From Thermoplasmatota archaeon (GTDB taxonomy: Archaea > Thermoplasmatota > Penumbrarchaeia > Penumbrarchaeales > Penumbrarchaeaceae), in NCBI GenBank assembly GCA_016928095.1, contig JAFGLL010000121.1:3266-67265 (forward strand): a stretch of 64,000 bases of DNA. The letters are read 5' to 3'. Numbering within the stretch: position 1 is the first letter of the stretch; the number at the start of each line of letters is the position of its first letter. A model generated the notes under the pieces. It ran no database searches. It saw only the letters and a list, made by a program, of their open reading frames with translations, and had not been told where the DNA came from. This document shows positions 20,901-29,939 of this stretch, one piece after another. The position numbers and the translations under genes are program-made.

Positions 20901-22369
20901 CAGGTTTCAAGAGCATATACGTCGGAGCGGAAGGGTTCCATACGCTCTATGTATGGGCTGTAGATAATACGGAGAGAGCTAGCCTCGTCAGTGAGGTCCC
21001 GATAGTGATAGACTCTCACCAGATCTATTATACCTATCCAGAGCCTCCAATGAAAGTGAATGTGACATACGGGACATTCCTTGTCTCCATAACCATCAAC
21101 GATGACCTATCGGGGGTGGACCCGAATTCGATCCACTACCAGTATACCATGCCCAATAAACAGCTTTCCGACTGGATAAAGTACGAGGCGGAGGAGGGCA
21201 ATACATCCAGCATACGGGTCTCGGTGGTCCTGGACCTCGTTCCCTATGTGGATAATCTTGTTATCTGGAAGGCCAGGGATAGGGCTTTCAACGACGAGAG
21301 GCAGTCAGGGGTGTTCGTCGTACATTACGATCCTGACCTGAAGGAACCAAAGGTGGACCTTCTATCACCCGTGGACACCTACCGCGTCGAGGAAGGGGTC
21401 GATCTGAGCTGGAAGGGGGAATACATCAATCCATTGAACCTCACATATGACCTTGTGATCGTCCTTCCCGACGATACTCAGGAGACCTTCCCGCTTACAA
21501 GGACCACGTACAGATATACCCCGAAGATGCCCGGTATCCATCAATGGTACGTCATTGCCAAGGCCGACGGAAAAAGTACGGGCTCGCTGACGCGGACGTT
21601 CATTTACGAACCCGATTTCGCGGAGGTCTCCTTCACCAGCACTCAGAAGGTCACCATAGGCTACGATTACCCGCTCAAGGTCTCCATGGACAACAAACTG
21701 GAGGTAAGCGTGGACCTCACGTTCGACCTGGAGAATCCCAGAGGTTTCATCATTTATTCGGGCGACAGCTACTCACTCGTACCGGGAGAAAAGAAGGAAG
21801 GGAACCTCGTCCTGAACACTTCGGGGGCCCAGGTTGGAACCTACAAGATAACCATCAACGTAACGGATTCCTATGGCAGGTTCAACCTGATCCAGGTCTC
21901 ACTCGTCGTGGAAAATGAGGATGTGATCGTTCGTCCCGATGATGATGAAAGCAAAGAGGTCCCGATATGGCTGATCATTTGTATCATCCTGGTGGTGCTC
22001 ATCCTGTTGATCGTTATCGTGATGGTCTTTCTCAGGCGGAAGAAGAACGAGAACGATGAGATCGAGGAGGAAGGGGAGGAAGAGACCCCGGGTCTGGAAT
22101 ATGATCCTGCTGGCAAAGTAGCGAAAGGAGGGAGCCACACGACCTCCCATGTCCCCCTCTCTCCCGGCGTCGGTGCCATGGGCGAGGCGGAGATGAGGAT
22201 GCGTGGCACCAACGTTATCGAGCTGACGATACCGACGAAGAAGGAGACAGATGATACAATTGGACCCGAGCCTCCAAAGGAGGAGATCGAGGAGAATGAT
22301 ATGGAGGAGCTGTCACCTGACGAGATGGCAAACGAGCTCTACGGGACCAACGGCAATGAGCGGTCGTAG
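17912..22369 (+). CDS. Giant surface protein (1485 aa). It has an N-terminal Kelch-repeat beta-propeller, Ig-like regions, a C-terminal TM anchor and a ~110 aa acidic cytoplasmic tail.
   Basis: N-terminal hydrophobic signal 'VMTAALLLILVLLPISQMGPVAG'. Kelch motifs ('IWIFGGRD...YNDLHQYN', 'GGGGTSYYRNDLWEYNVTNDNWTVL', 'LYGGYYSY', 'MIYLYGGQ'). A TM 'IWLIICIILVVLILLIVIVMVFLRRKK' followed by an E/D-rich tail. Confidence 0.8.
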   Translation: MDLRNEAMSMSHICLPYNVLLRQCSAVMTAALLLILVLLPISQMGPVAGEEDGPSRILGEQPMGDWEMLASGSWPSIETGSCNVMYREAEKELVVFYRSYWGFQVWSMFESNETWVQWNDTGMEPSPTHSRQSFTSSKDGNIGYYYGGYAQWGAYWDKLNIFFYSNKTWVQVDAPPTLAGRYWSEMVYDEATDSIWIFGGRDAARVWYNDLHQYNSTHGWTYYPSIDPKPVPRDQALMTMTPDGKRIFIALGRYGTGGGGTSYYRNDLWEYNVTNDNWTVLNNNMDIPTEAGGLLQYRSGTDDLILSMGFDGWNLLNDTYVIDISTGTLSSVNLTGGIPGRHVQAFDIYSNGRKAIVFGDDASRKDIWSVDLVDYSTLLTPGNPTWVGGSAFTGYDDENGGRLMALKRNDGDTWQLASFSLDSRSWKMLYVSDEGKPTYHSGMASVYDPDDNDFYLYGGYYSYQVSQWTYHYYFYDEFWKLDCDTGEWTRINEHASPGARGRAAMVVDPAKRMIYLYGGQVHGGDTDTLYQYNMTGNIWKAINPTTKPQGRMETAVTYDPNNRGFFMFGGQRNGTSNVELNDLWFFHTDTVLWEKLPTGDDEPHAQDLAGISLNTDTNELLLFGDGDDETFMWRLDWFGWKKVATTTSPGDWSGHGQAYSSQTRSHFAWAGDGTEVWEFNPILRTTAIQVQMFDPDGWTTGVDAVDVFPTLGTYSLKVRGRTDLPPDNFLGMNLTLETGDDVIGLTWDKATGNIVVENGKDWMVIKDGEELRFLDNNNWEFTVPMEFTFDMPHGDTVSAFATPVTHIGLAEQAKRLNLFRLNSRLEIVSYRFRTPIQPEPVVNGWLFGGTDLTVHDFKVAFAGYNDVSPREGNFKVEFSNEWGDSVDWTYIYNTTTELTVPVMGEDGSSTFFYLNVTDNGVTVAKLTFNFRIDMAPPGIVEGAALRADNYNDQKLNMDNDPEMFLTWDNIVETGSGLKGVCYSLDMNTYPDQENLTTGFKSIYVGAEGFHTLYVWAVDNTERASLVSEVPIVIDSHQIYYTYPEPPMKVNVTYGTFLVSITINDDLSGVDPNSIHYQYTMPNKQLSDWIKYEAEEGNTSSIRVSVVLDLVPYVDNLVIWKARDRAFNDERQSGVFVVHYDPDLKEPKVDLLSPVDTYRVEEGVDLSWKGEYINPLNLTYDLVIVLPDDTQETFPLTRTTYRYTPKMPGIHQWYVIAKADGKSTGSLTRTFIYEPDFAEVSFTSTQKVTIGYDYPLKVSMDNKLEVSVDLTFDLENPRGFIIYSGDSYSLVPGEKKEGNLVLNTSGAQVGTYKITINVTDSYGRFNLIQVSLVVENEDVIVRPDDDESKEVPIWLIICIILVVLILLIVIVMVFLRRKKNENDEIEEEGEEETPGLEYDPAGKVAKGGSHTTSHVPLSPGVGAMGEAEMRMRGTNVIELTIPTKKETDDTIGPEPPKEEIEENDMEELSPDEMANELYGTNGNERS

Positions 22370-22391
22370 AGTTTTAAATATCTAGTTCCGT

Positions 22392-22754
22392 ATGTGGCCA
22401 CCGATGGAGCGAAGGGGCAGGGGTAAGAAGAAACCCATTATCAGGGAGGCCGCTGCCGATAGGATCGAAACGCTGTATTCCCAGGCCTTCACTATGGCTA
22501 GGAAGGGTGAGCTCGATCTCGCAAGAAGATATCTTTACCTTGCAAGGAAGATAGGTATGAGGTACACTGTAAGGGTACCCAAACGGATGAAGAGGAGCAC
22601 TTGCAAAGGATGTATGGCCCCGATGTTGCCGGGTATTACTTCAAGGACCAGGGTCCGGGACGGCAGGAGGATCATCACCTGTCTGGAATGCGGCCACGTC
22701 ATGAGATATCCTTTCAAGGATGAAGGTCACGATAACAGCGAAGGTGAGATATAA
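22392..22754 (+). CDS. rnp4: RNase P protein component 4 (Rpp21/Rpr2)
   Basis: 'ERIETLYSQAFTMARKGELDLARRYLYLARKIGMRYTVRVPKRMKRSTCKGCMAPMLPG...ITCLECGHVMRYP'. This matches the Rpp21 helical N-terminus plus the CxxC...CxxC zinc ribbon. Confidence 0.85.
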   Translation: MWPPMERRGRGKKKPIIREAAADRIETLYSQAFTMARKGELDLARRYLYLARKIGMRYTVRVPKRMKRSTCKGCMAPMLPGITSRTRVRDGRRIITCLECGHVMRYPFKDEGHDNSEGEI

Positions 22755-22755
22755 C

Positions 22756-23028
22756 ATGGACATCAAGGAGATGAAGGTCAGGGGAATGTCCCTGAAGGCA
22801 ACCGTGCAGGTGGGACGGTCAGGTTTGACCGGGTCCATACTCAGTGAGATCGACGAGCAACTCGCTAGAAGGGACCTGGTGAAGGTGAAGATGCTCCCAT
22901 CAATGGGTCCTTCACGGTCATGGAAGGAAGATGTGGAGAAGATGGCCGAGAAGCTGGCTGCCATTCTGGTGGAGATCAAAGGGGGCACGATAATCCTTTA
23001 CCGAAAAGGGTCACGAAAAGGGGTTTAA
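22756..23028 (+). CDS. YhbY/CRM-domain RNA-binding protein
   Basis: 'KATVQVGRSGLTGSILSEIDEQLARRDLVKVKMLP...IKGGTIILYRK' is the CRS1/YhbY pattern. The ATG is 1 nt after the rnp4 stop, and the ORF-track start at 22720 overlaps rnp4. Confidence 0.75.
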   Translation: MDIKEMKVRGMSLKATVQVGRSGLTGSILSEIDEQLARRDLVKVKMLPSMGPSRSWKEDVEKMAEKLAAILVEIKGGTIILYRKGSRKGV

Positions 23029-23185
23029 TATCAAACCGGTGATCCCTTTATAGGGCATAAGATAGAGGATGCTGCATGGTCATAATGGAACTCCCTCTTT
23101 CAGGACTTCGGGAAGGACAGGATATCCAGCTCCGAGTTCAAGGCAAGGGCAGAGAAATTGAGGGATCCTGAGGGAACATGAAAAA

Positions 23186-23223
23186 GGGAAAGGAGAGCCA
23201 ACCGTGAGTTGAGCCCCCTTTCC
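23186..23223 (-). terminator. Weak hairpin (8-bp stem GGGAAAGG/CCTTTCCC, 22-nt loop) followed on the minus strand by T5, downstream of hppA
   Basis: Read directly. On the minus strand the stem is followed by 'ttttt' (plus-strand 23181-23185 aaaaa). Confidence 0.3.
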
Positions 23224-23239
23224 TCATTCTTACTATTAT

Positions 23240-25843
23240 TCAGCCGATAAATGCGTTGATCACGAGGAACAAGGGTACGAAGACCAGTGCCACTATGGAC
23301 ATCAGCTTGATAAGGATGTTCAGTGAAGGTCCGGACGTATCCTTGAACGGATCACCTACGGTATCGCCGATGACCGCTGCTTTGTGGGCATCGGACCCCT
23401 TTCCACCGTAATGTCCCGCCTCGATGTATTTTTTCGCGTTGTCCCATGCACCGCCGGAATTGGCCATCATTACGGCAAGGACGAACCCGGTCACTATCGA
23501 ACCGGCCAGAAGTCCTCCCAGGGCTTCCATCGATATGCAGCCGACGAAGATCGGGACCAGGACAGCAAGCAGTGAAGGGACGATCATCTTCTTCAGGGCC
23601 CCTTTTGTGGAGATCGCCACACACTTCTCGTAGTCCGGTTTGGCCTTGCCTTCCATTATGCCTTTAATGGTCTTGAACTGCCTCCTTACCTCCTCGACCA
23701 TGTCCTGGGCTGCCTGACCGACTGCCTGCATGGTCATCGCCGAGAATATGAAGGGGAGAAGGCCGCCTATAAAGAGACCTGCCAGGATGAACGGGTTCAC
23801 CAGTGTGAACTGGCTGAGGTCCAGGTTTGCCGCCTGTACGAAAGCGGAGAAGAGGGCAAGTGCTGTCAATCCGGCAGAACCTATTGCGAAACCCTTTCCA
23901 ATGGCAGCTGTTGTGTTGCCCACCGCGTCAAGCTCCTCTGCTGTTTCCCTTACCTTCTTTCCCATCCCGGCCATTTCCGCGAGTCCTGCTGCGTTATCAG
24001 CAACCGGCCCATAGGTATCGGTCGCAAGCGTTATACCAAGGGTCGATAGCATACCGACAGCGGCAAGGGCTATCCCGTACAGTCCGGAAAGCATGAATGC
24101 CACTATTATCGTGAAGACCACTGCGATCACAGGCACAGCGGTCGAGATCATTCCAAGGCCGAGACCTGCGATAATGTTCGGACCTGCACCGGTGGTAGAC
24201 GCTTCCGAAACCCTCTGAGTTGGTTTGGAATGGTCGGATGTGTAATATTCGGTGACCTTCCCGATTATGATCCCGGAGACAAGACCCGCTATCAACGAGA
24301 AGAACAGGGAGGTGATGATGGAGGAGGCATCCGGCTCCCCCTTGAATATGAACCATATGAGACCTAGTGATACGACCGTCATCAGTCCTGCCGCAACCCA
24401 TATACCCCTGTTAAGCTGCTTGTGGGCATCGGTATTCTCGCCTCCGGCCCCCACAGCGAATGTACCGATGATGGAGCATATTATGCCTATTCCTGCAAGC
24501 AGGAGGGGTAGAAGGGTTGCAGCACCGGCGGCGCCTCCCCCGAAGAGGTCCGACCCAAGTGCAGAAACGCCCATTATCCCAAGGGCCATGGCGGCTATGA
24601 CCGAATCTACATACGATTCGAAGAGGTCCGCACCCATTCCGGCAACGTCACCGACGTTGTCACCGACGTTGTCTGCTATCGTGGCGGGGTTCCTCGGGTC
24701 GTCCTCCGGTATACCCGCCTCTACCTTGCCTACGAGATCGGCCCCTACATCCGCTGCTTTGGTGTATATTCCCCCGCCAACCCTTGCGAACAGGGCGATA
24801 GAGGAGGCACCGAAACCGAAACCGAATAGCATATCGACGTTCCCGAAGATTATGTACAATGAAGATATACCCAGAAGTCCCAGGCCGACCACGGTGAGGC
24901 CCATGACGGACCCGGAGTTGAATGCGACCCGGAGTCCAGACCTCTTGCTCTCCTTGCAGGCCCAGGCCGTCTTTGCATTTGCCATTGTGGCTATCTTCAT
25001 ACCGATGTTCCCTGCAGATGCGGAGAAGAGGGCACCTATGAGGAACGCGGGTATCAGCTGCCAAGCCATATCCAGGGTGAATATCCCGATGATGAAGAAC
25101 AATACCACGGCAGCTATGAACCATATGATGACCTTGTATTCAGCGTTGAGGAATGCGGTAGCTCCTTCCTTGATATAACCGGCGATCTTGAGAAGTTCCT
25201 CGCTCCCAACATCTTTCTTGATGATCGCCCTGGCGGTCAGGAACGCGAAACCGAGACCTATAAAGGCAGCAACAAGGGCAATTATTATCATCACGTGGTT
25301 GGTCTTGTAGCTATTGAAGGTCAATGTCCTAGAGGATGAGAACTCCTTGCTGTCAGATATCAGAGTGTGGATGACCACATCCTTGCTGGCTTCGGAGGAG
25401 TCACCGCTGTATGAAGCTTCCAGGACCACCGTGACCATGCCCCCGCCATCAAGGTCTTTCACTGTGTAGTTCCGACCCTTGACAACTTCGGATCCATCGG
25501 TGATATCCGATCCTTCCGAGTCCCAGACATCGATTATCCTGAACTCCCAGTCATCCTCTTCGGTGACATCAAGGCTTATTAGGATGTCATGAGAGACATC
25601 GGGGTCGGGATTGAATATATGCAATGTTACGTCGGTCGTTCGCTCGTTGTCGAAGATAATATCTATTACGAACCACGAACCCTCCCCACGGTCCAGGAAG
25701 AACTCCGTCTCTCCGGACTCGGTGGTGATCATGGACCTGTCCGTCTCCTCGCCGCCTATCGCTCCGCTGATGTCGTGGAATGATAGAAGTCCAAAAAGGA
25801 GGAGACCCGCCAATACCATCACGGTCAAGGTCGATCTGCTCAT
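23240..25843 (-). CDS. hppA: Membrane-bound H+/Na+-translocating pyrophosphatase with a 184-aa N-terminal extension
   Basis: The canonical PPase sequence is seen from '[27 protein letters not shown]...[12 protein letters not shown]...[13 protein letters not shown]' through 'DNVGDNVGD', '[17 protein letters not shown]' and the C-terminal 'INAFIG'. It is preceded by a signal/TM '[18 protein letters not shown]' and a ~160 aa acidic domain in the same frame. Confidence 0.9.
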   Translation of the reverse strand: MSRSTLTVMVLAGLLLFGLLSFHDISGAIGGEETDRSMITTESGETEFFLDRGEGSWFVIDIIFDNERTTDVTLHIFNPDPDVSHDILISLDVTEEDDWEFRIIDVWDSEGSDITDGSEVVKGRNYTVKDLDGGGMVTVVLEASYSGDSSEASKDVVIHTLISDSKEFSSSRTLTFNSYKTNHVMIIIALVAAFIGLGFAFLTARAIIKKDVGSEELLKIAGYIKEGATAFLNAEYKVIIWFIAAVVLFFIIGIFTLDMAWQLIPAFLIGALFSASAGNIGMKIATMANAKTAWACKESKRSGLRVAFNSGSVMGLTVVGLGLLGISSLYIIFGNVDMLFGFGFGASSIALFARVGGGIYTKAADVGADLVGKVEAGIPEDDPRNPATIADNVGDNVGDVAGMGADLFESYVDSVIAAMALGIMGVSALGSDLFGGGAAGAATLLPLLLAGIGIICSIIGTFAVGAGGENTDAHKQLNRGIWVAAGLMTVVSLGLIWFIFKGEPDASSIITSLFFSLIAGLVSGIIIGKVTEYYTSDHSKPTQRVSEASTTGAGPNIIAGLGLGMISTAVPVIAVVFTIIVAFMLSGLYGIALAAVGMLSTLGITLATDTYGPVADNAAGLAEMAGMGKKVRETAEELDAVGNTTAAIGKGFAIGSAGLTALALFSAFVQAANLDLSQFTLVNPFILAGLFIGGLLPFIFSAMTMQAVGQAAQDMVEEVRRQFKTIKGIMEGKAKPDYEKCVAISTKGALKKMIVPSLLAVLVPIFVGCISMEALGGLLAGSIVTGFVLAVMMANSGGAWDNAKKYIEAGHYGGKGSDAHKAAVIGDTVGDPFKDTSGPSLNILIKLMSIVALVFVPLFLVINAFIG

Positions 25844-25964
25844 TAAAGTGCCTCCATAGAGAAATGTACCTCTTGCCCATTATTCCATACCCTAATGGGA
25901 AGTCATCGGGAAATGGCCCTTCATTATTAATAAGTATCCGTGTGGCAGGGAAGCTCCCAGTAGC

Positions 25965-26420
25965 TCATTTACGGTTCAGCGGAACCTTACTCGCCGTTCT
26001 TCTGGTCGTGGGCTCGATCCTGCCGGACCTTATCGGTTGTCCGTCGTCTTGATCCCTCATTCGTCTCTGCCTCCTTGGCCCCGGAACCATTCCAGCCTTT
26101 TTCCTCGCACTGGTGAACAGATGGAACTGGGACAACAGTGAGACGCAGAAAAGCAGTATCGCTCCGATGAAAAGAACAATGATGTTTATACCCTCCTGTC
26201 TACCCATGTCATCCATGAACAGCTTGAATAACAGGTAGATAACAGCCAGGACCGTCAGGATCAAACCCATTATGTTCAGGAGACGGGGTAACCGCTCAAT
26301 GGAACCCATGTTCACTTCCACATGGTCCACCTGGCCGCCGCATTCCACACAGCTTTCCCTGGTATTCCAGATCTCGGACATGGTCGATCCGCAGGTCCGA
26401 CATACGGTGATCTTCACCAT
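25965..26420 (-). CDS. Zn-ribbon membrane protein
   Basis: N-terminal 'CRTCGSTM...CVECGG', then two hydrophobic helices, then a basic C-terminus. It has an ATGA overlap with the folD stop. Confidence 0.5.
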   Translation of the reverse strand: MVKITVCRTCGSTMSEIWNTRESCVECGGQVDHVEVNMGSIERLPRLLNIMGLILTVLAVIYLLFKLFMDDMGRQEGINIIVLFIGAILLFCVSLLSQFHLFTSARKKAGMVPGPRRQRRMRDQDDGQPIRSGRIEPTTRRTASKVPLNRK

Positions 26421-26422
26421 GA

Positions 26423-27322
26423 TTAACCCCCGCTGTATCCGTAAACGGTCCCTATGATCTCATCTGTGAATTCTATATCAGAGGATCCTGCCAGTATCGT
26501 TGCCCGGTACAGGTTCAGGAACATGGAAGATACCGTTACCGGGCCGGTCCCACCCGGGGTCGGGGTCGCTGCACCCGCGACCTCACTTACAGATCCAAGG
26601 TCCACATCCCCCACGATCCCGTCCTCCACAGGATTGATCCCAAGATCGATAAGGACCGCGCCCTTTTTTATCATTTCTCCTCTTATAAGGCGGGGTATGC
26701 CAACCGCGGTGATGATGATATCGGCCCTTCTTGTGTGGACCGAGATGTCCTGTGTCCTGGTATGGACCGTTGTGACCGTGGCATTACCCCAGGGGGCTTT
26801 CTGCGAAAGGAGGGCAGCCAGAGGCCGGCCTACATTGGGACTTCTCCCCACCACGACGATCTCCTTGCCCTCTGTCCGGACCCTGTAATGTTGCATCAGA
26901 AGAAGCGCTCCCAGCGGTGTAGGGGGTATGAACCTCGGCACTCCCATCCCAAGCAGGCCGTAGTTCTCAGGGTGGAGCCCTTCCACATCCTTCGAAGGCG
27001 GGATATGTACTATCAGGTCCTGTATGTCCACTCCGATCGATAACGGGCGTTCTATCATTATCCCATGGACATCCGGGTCAGCTGCATCTTCACACAAATG
27101 GCCTACTATCTGCTCTGTGGGTGTTCCTAAAGGGAATTCCCTTGTTACTACCTTGACACCGATCTTCTCCCCCTTCCTGATCTTGGACCTTGAATAGATG
27201 ACGGAGGCTTCATCGGCTCCTATTAGATAAACCACAAGCATCGGGGTTCCGATGTTACAGGATATGAGCTTCAGCTCCTTATCGATCCTGTCGACAACGG
27301 GTTTACCCCGTAGGATTTCCAT
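26423..27322 (-). CDS. folD: Bifunctional 5,10-methylene-tetrahydrofolate (or H4MPT-analog) dehydrogenase/cyclohydrolase FolD
   Basis: 'VVGRSPNVGRPLAALL', 'ATVTTVHTRT', 'DIIITAVGIPRLIRGEMIKKGAVLIDLGIN' and 'TPTPGGTGPVTVSSM' match the FolD family pattern. Confidence 0.85.
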   Translation of the reverse strand: MEILRGKPVVDRIDKELKLISCNIGTPMLVVYLIGADEASVIYSRSKIRKGEKIGVKVVTREFPLGTPTEQIVGHLCEDAADPDVHGIMIERPLSIGVDIQDLIVHIPPSKDVEGLHPENYGLLGMGVPRFIPPTPLGALLLMQHYRVRTEGKEIVVVGRSPNVGRPLAALLSQKAPWGNATVTTVHTRTQDISVHTRRADIIITAVGIPRLIRGEMIKKGAVLIDLGINPVEDGIVGDVDLGSVSEVAGAATPTPGGTGPVTVSSMFLNLYRATILAGSSDIEFTDEIIGTVYGYSGG

Positions 27323-27361
27323 GGCCCATTATCCGCGAGCAACGATTTAATGGTGTCCCAT

Positions 27362-28321
27362 TCACTGCACGCCGACATATCTCGTCAGGAACTGGTAGAA
27401 CGCGTTCGCAATGGACTGCTTCTGCTGGGGTTCAAGTGCCTTGAACTCTTCAAGGACCAGGAAGTTGATGCCTCCGAGTACCTTCACGGAGAAGAGCTCG
27501 TCCTTGTGGGGGTTGACATTTGCCTGGGACTGTGAATGCTGCTCCGTCCCGAGGATCTTGAAATCATGTGTGGCCTCCTTCATCATGATGATGTCCATAT
27601 TCCTGAAACCGATGTGTTGGTAAGCTGCCGATTTCATCTTGATGAATGGATACAGGAACTCACCCGTATCCTCGAACTCTACCGGATTGCCATCTATGAT
27701 CAGGATCTTGCCCAGTGATTCCAGACAATCAACGATCATCTCGTCCAACGTATTGTAGGAGGACCTTAGCTTGATCTGCCGCATCTGGCTCTGGGGATCG
27801 TTGGCACCAGGGACTGCCTGCTGGCCGAAGGACGAGGCGGGTATGTCCACCATGCTCTGCCCCCGGCATGCCGTGCAGGTGAGCACGTTCTGACCGGGTC
27901 TCACATAAGCCTGAAATACCGATCTGCAGTAGGGGCACGTGAACTGTGCGAAGTTCTGAGCCTGCTGAGAGGCTGCCGGGGCCCCACCTTTTGACGGGGG
28001 TTGCGTGGGTTCGGGAGCATGTTGACCCGACCTGTGCTGGAACAGATAGAACTTGTAGGGGTTGTACGGGTTAGCGGCCGGATTGGGATCGTTCACCTCG
28101 ACAACCAGGTAACAGTTGTTCTGGGCAGCATATCCCTTCACCGAGTCCCTCAACTGTTGTTGGGACATAGGTTGCCGGTACTCGATGGGATTTCCAATCA
28201 TCGTGTAGCCCTGACCGGAAAGCATCTGGCTATACTGGTTGATCTCGTTCTTTGTTGCACTGACCAGTTTTACAGCGGAAGAACCGCTCCTCTTGAATAA
28301 AGAAGGCGACATGGCTATCAC
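27362..28321 (-). CDS. Hypothetical protein with a central Zn-ribbon
   Basis: A Q/P-rich linker, then 'CPYCRSVFQAYVRPGQNVLTCTACRG', then a ~150 aa C-terminal alpha/beta domain. No family recognised. Confidence 0.5.
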   Translation of the reverse strand: MIAMSPSLFKRSGSSAVKLVSATKNEINQYSQMLSGQGYTMIGNPIEYRQPMSQQQLRDSVKGYAAQNNCYLVVEVNDPNPAANPYNPYKFYLFQHRSGQHAPEPTQPPSKGGAPAASQQAQNFAQFTCPYCRSVFQAYVRPGQNVLTCTACRGQSMVDIPASSFGQQAVPGANDPQSQMRQIKLRSSYNTLDEMIVDCLESLGKILIIDGNPVEFEDTGEFLYPFIKMKSAAYQHIGFRNMDIIMMKEATHDFKILGTEQHSQSQANVNPHKDELFSVKVLGGINFLVLEEFKALEPQQKQSIANAFYQFLTRYVGVQ

Positions 28322-28421
28322 TCCCCCTCAGCATGTGAGGGTTCGCAGGTGGATCTACTCCGATAACATGAACCATGCAATTCATATATGTAATTTTTTA
28401 GGCACCTTCTTGATAAGGGCA

Positions 28422-29261
28422 TCAGAGAACACCTTTCATGATGTCTTCCCGGTGGTCGATCTTGAGGAGGATCTTGACGGCAAGGTTGTATGCATAGAGC
28501 GGTCTCTCGCCATATGTATACATCAGGACCCTCGTCTCATCATCCTTTCCAATGACCTGGACCTGGGCAGCCCACCCTCTTCCCTTGCTGTCGGTCGCCA
28601 CTAATTGCGAGATACCCCGGAAAAGCCTCTCGTTCACCACCTCGTATGCTTCCCGGAAACCTATCTGCTTCAACCGGTCCACGAAGATGGCGTAGAGCCT
28701 GTCCGGGGGGAGGGGGATGACATCGGTCTCCACCGACCATCTGTAAAGGTTCGAAGTAAGGATCCGGAACCTGTCCTCGTCCATTGAGGTGGGCTCGAAC
28801 TTGGGGACGACCACCTTCAAGGGGTCAGCCCGCATCTGCATCCTTTCCTCCACTTTGTGCCTGAAATCGAAGAAGATTATCTCGAACTCCAGGTTTTCGC
28901 TCCCACCCTGATATAAAGGAGTAAAAGGTACCTGGACCTTGAGTTTCTCACCCGGGTCCAATAATTTCCTGGTCTGCTTAGGCTCCCCGAAGGAGCCGAG
29001 TTTGTGCCCTGCGGGGAACTCAAGGCGGATGTTCCCCATTGGGTAGTCCGTATTGTTCCCTATCTCCACCAGATAGATCATGCCGCCGATCCTTTTTTCG
29101 TAATCATCCTCGGGAGGATAGATGAAATGGTGGTCAACGAGGAGGGAATCGTTCTCCGTTTCCGCTGGTCCTTCGTAGTGTTGATCATCCCGAAGGTCGC
29201 CCCGCCGGTCGTTCTCAGCAGGTCTCTTGCCGAAAACCCTGTCGAATATTCCAAGCCCCAT
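28422..29261 (-). CDS. Hypothetical protein (279 aa), 23 nt downstream of the TBP gene
   Basis: Clean ORF on the same strand as tbp. No family recognised. Confidence 0.5.
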   Translation of the reverse strand: MGLGIFDRVFGKRPAENDRRGDLRDDQHYEGPAETENDSLLVDHHFIYPPEDDYEKRIGGMIYLVEIGNNTDYPMGNIRLEFPAGHKLGSFGEPKQTRKLLDPGEKLKVQVPFTPLYQGGSENLEFEIIFFDFRHKVEERMQMRADPLKVVVPKFEPTSMDEDRFRILTSNLYRWSVETDVIPLPPDRLYAIFVDRLKQIGFREAYEVVNERLFRGISQLVATDSKGRGWAAQVQVIGKDDETRVLMYTYGERPLYAYNLAVKILLKIDHREDIMKGVL

Positions 29262-29284
29262 CCTTCCTCACCCTGCTTACCGCA

Positions 29285-29824
29285 TCATAGACCAGCGTTC
29301 TCGAGCTCCTTAACGATCTCTCCTAGAGCAATATCGATGTCCTCTATCTCTCTGGCACCGGTGCAAACGATCTTACCGGATCCGAAGAGGAGGGCAACGA
29401 CCCGGGGATGGTCGACCCTGTAGACCAGACCTGGGAACTGCTCCGGTTCGTACTCGACCTTCTCAAGACCTAAAGTGATCGCGATGGAATTCAGGTTGAG
29501 CTCCCTTCCGAGGTCCGTGGTGGCCACGATGTTCTGCACGGTCACCTTGGGAGCCGTATCAACGTTCACCCCCATCTCCTTGATCATGGTCAGGACCCGT
29601 CCCACGACCTCTTCGGCCATGGTCACGCTCTTGGCACCCGTGCATACGAGTTTTCCACTGGAGAAAAGCAGGAGGGCCGTCTTGGGGTCCTTGACCTTGT
29701 AGATCAGGCCCGGGAACTTCTCCGGGACGTATTCTGCATCGTCCAGGGCCATGGAGATCTTCTGCAGGTCTAGCGGTACCCCCGCTGAAGAGGAGGATAC
29801 GACGTTCTGAATGTGAATGTCCAT
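29285..29824 (-). CDS. tbp: TATA-box binding protein
   Basis: Two TBP repeats: 'QNVVSSSSAGVPLDLQKISMALDDAEYVPEKFPGLIYKVKDPKTALLLFSSGKLVCTGAKS' and 'QNIVATTDLGRELNLNSIAITLGLEKVEYEPEQFPGLVYRVDHPRVVALLFGSGKIVCTGAR'. Confidence 0.92.
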   Translation of the reverse strand: MDIHIQNVVSSSSAGVPLDLQKISMALDDAEYVPEKFPGLIYKVKDPKTALLLFSSGKLVCTGAKSVTMAEEVVGRVLTMIKEMGVNVDTAPKVTVQNIVATTDLGRELNLNSIAITLGLEKVEYEPEQFPGLVYRVDHPRVVALLFGSGKIVCTGAREIEDIDIALGEIVKELENAGL

Positions 29825-29839
29825 TTGATCACCTTACGA

Positions 29840-29935
29840 ACCTTTTCCACCCGGCCGCAATAGGGTAGGATGGGGATATTAGCGTAATGGATTACTTTAT
29901 ATAAGCTTTATTAAGGTATATAAGGGAGGGAGGCT
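29840..29935 (-). promoter_or_regulatory. AT-rich TATA-like tract upstream of tbp
   Basis: 'ggattactttatataagctttattaaggtatataaggg' carries two TTTATATA/TATATAA-like boxes, 60-100 nt upstream of the tbp start codon. Confidence 0.35.
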
Positions 29936-29939
29936 GAGA

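Noticed and set aside
24252-25178. 308-aa plus-strand ORF inside hppA. Similar long antisense ORFs: 3740-4309, 5900-6523, 11611-12249, 14161-14757, 31115-31666, 38129-38992, 39317-40198, 43150-43932, 47833-48411, 56975-57517, 57808-58734, 60702-61208.
   Set aside because: All lie antisense to genes with strong family motifs. They are Pro/Ser/Arg/Ala-rich low-complexity translations, as expected from high-GC antisense frames. None has independent evidence.
29825-29939. Checked intergenic gaps (29825-29939, 22370-22391, 49879-50062, 23029-23239, 58756-59163) for tRNA genes
   Set aside because: No GC-rich acceptor-stem or T-loop (GTTCRANYC-like) patterns were seen. These regions are AT-rich promoter-like or contain only simple hairpins.
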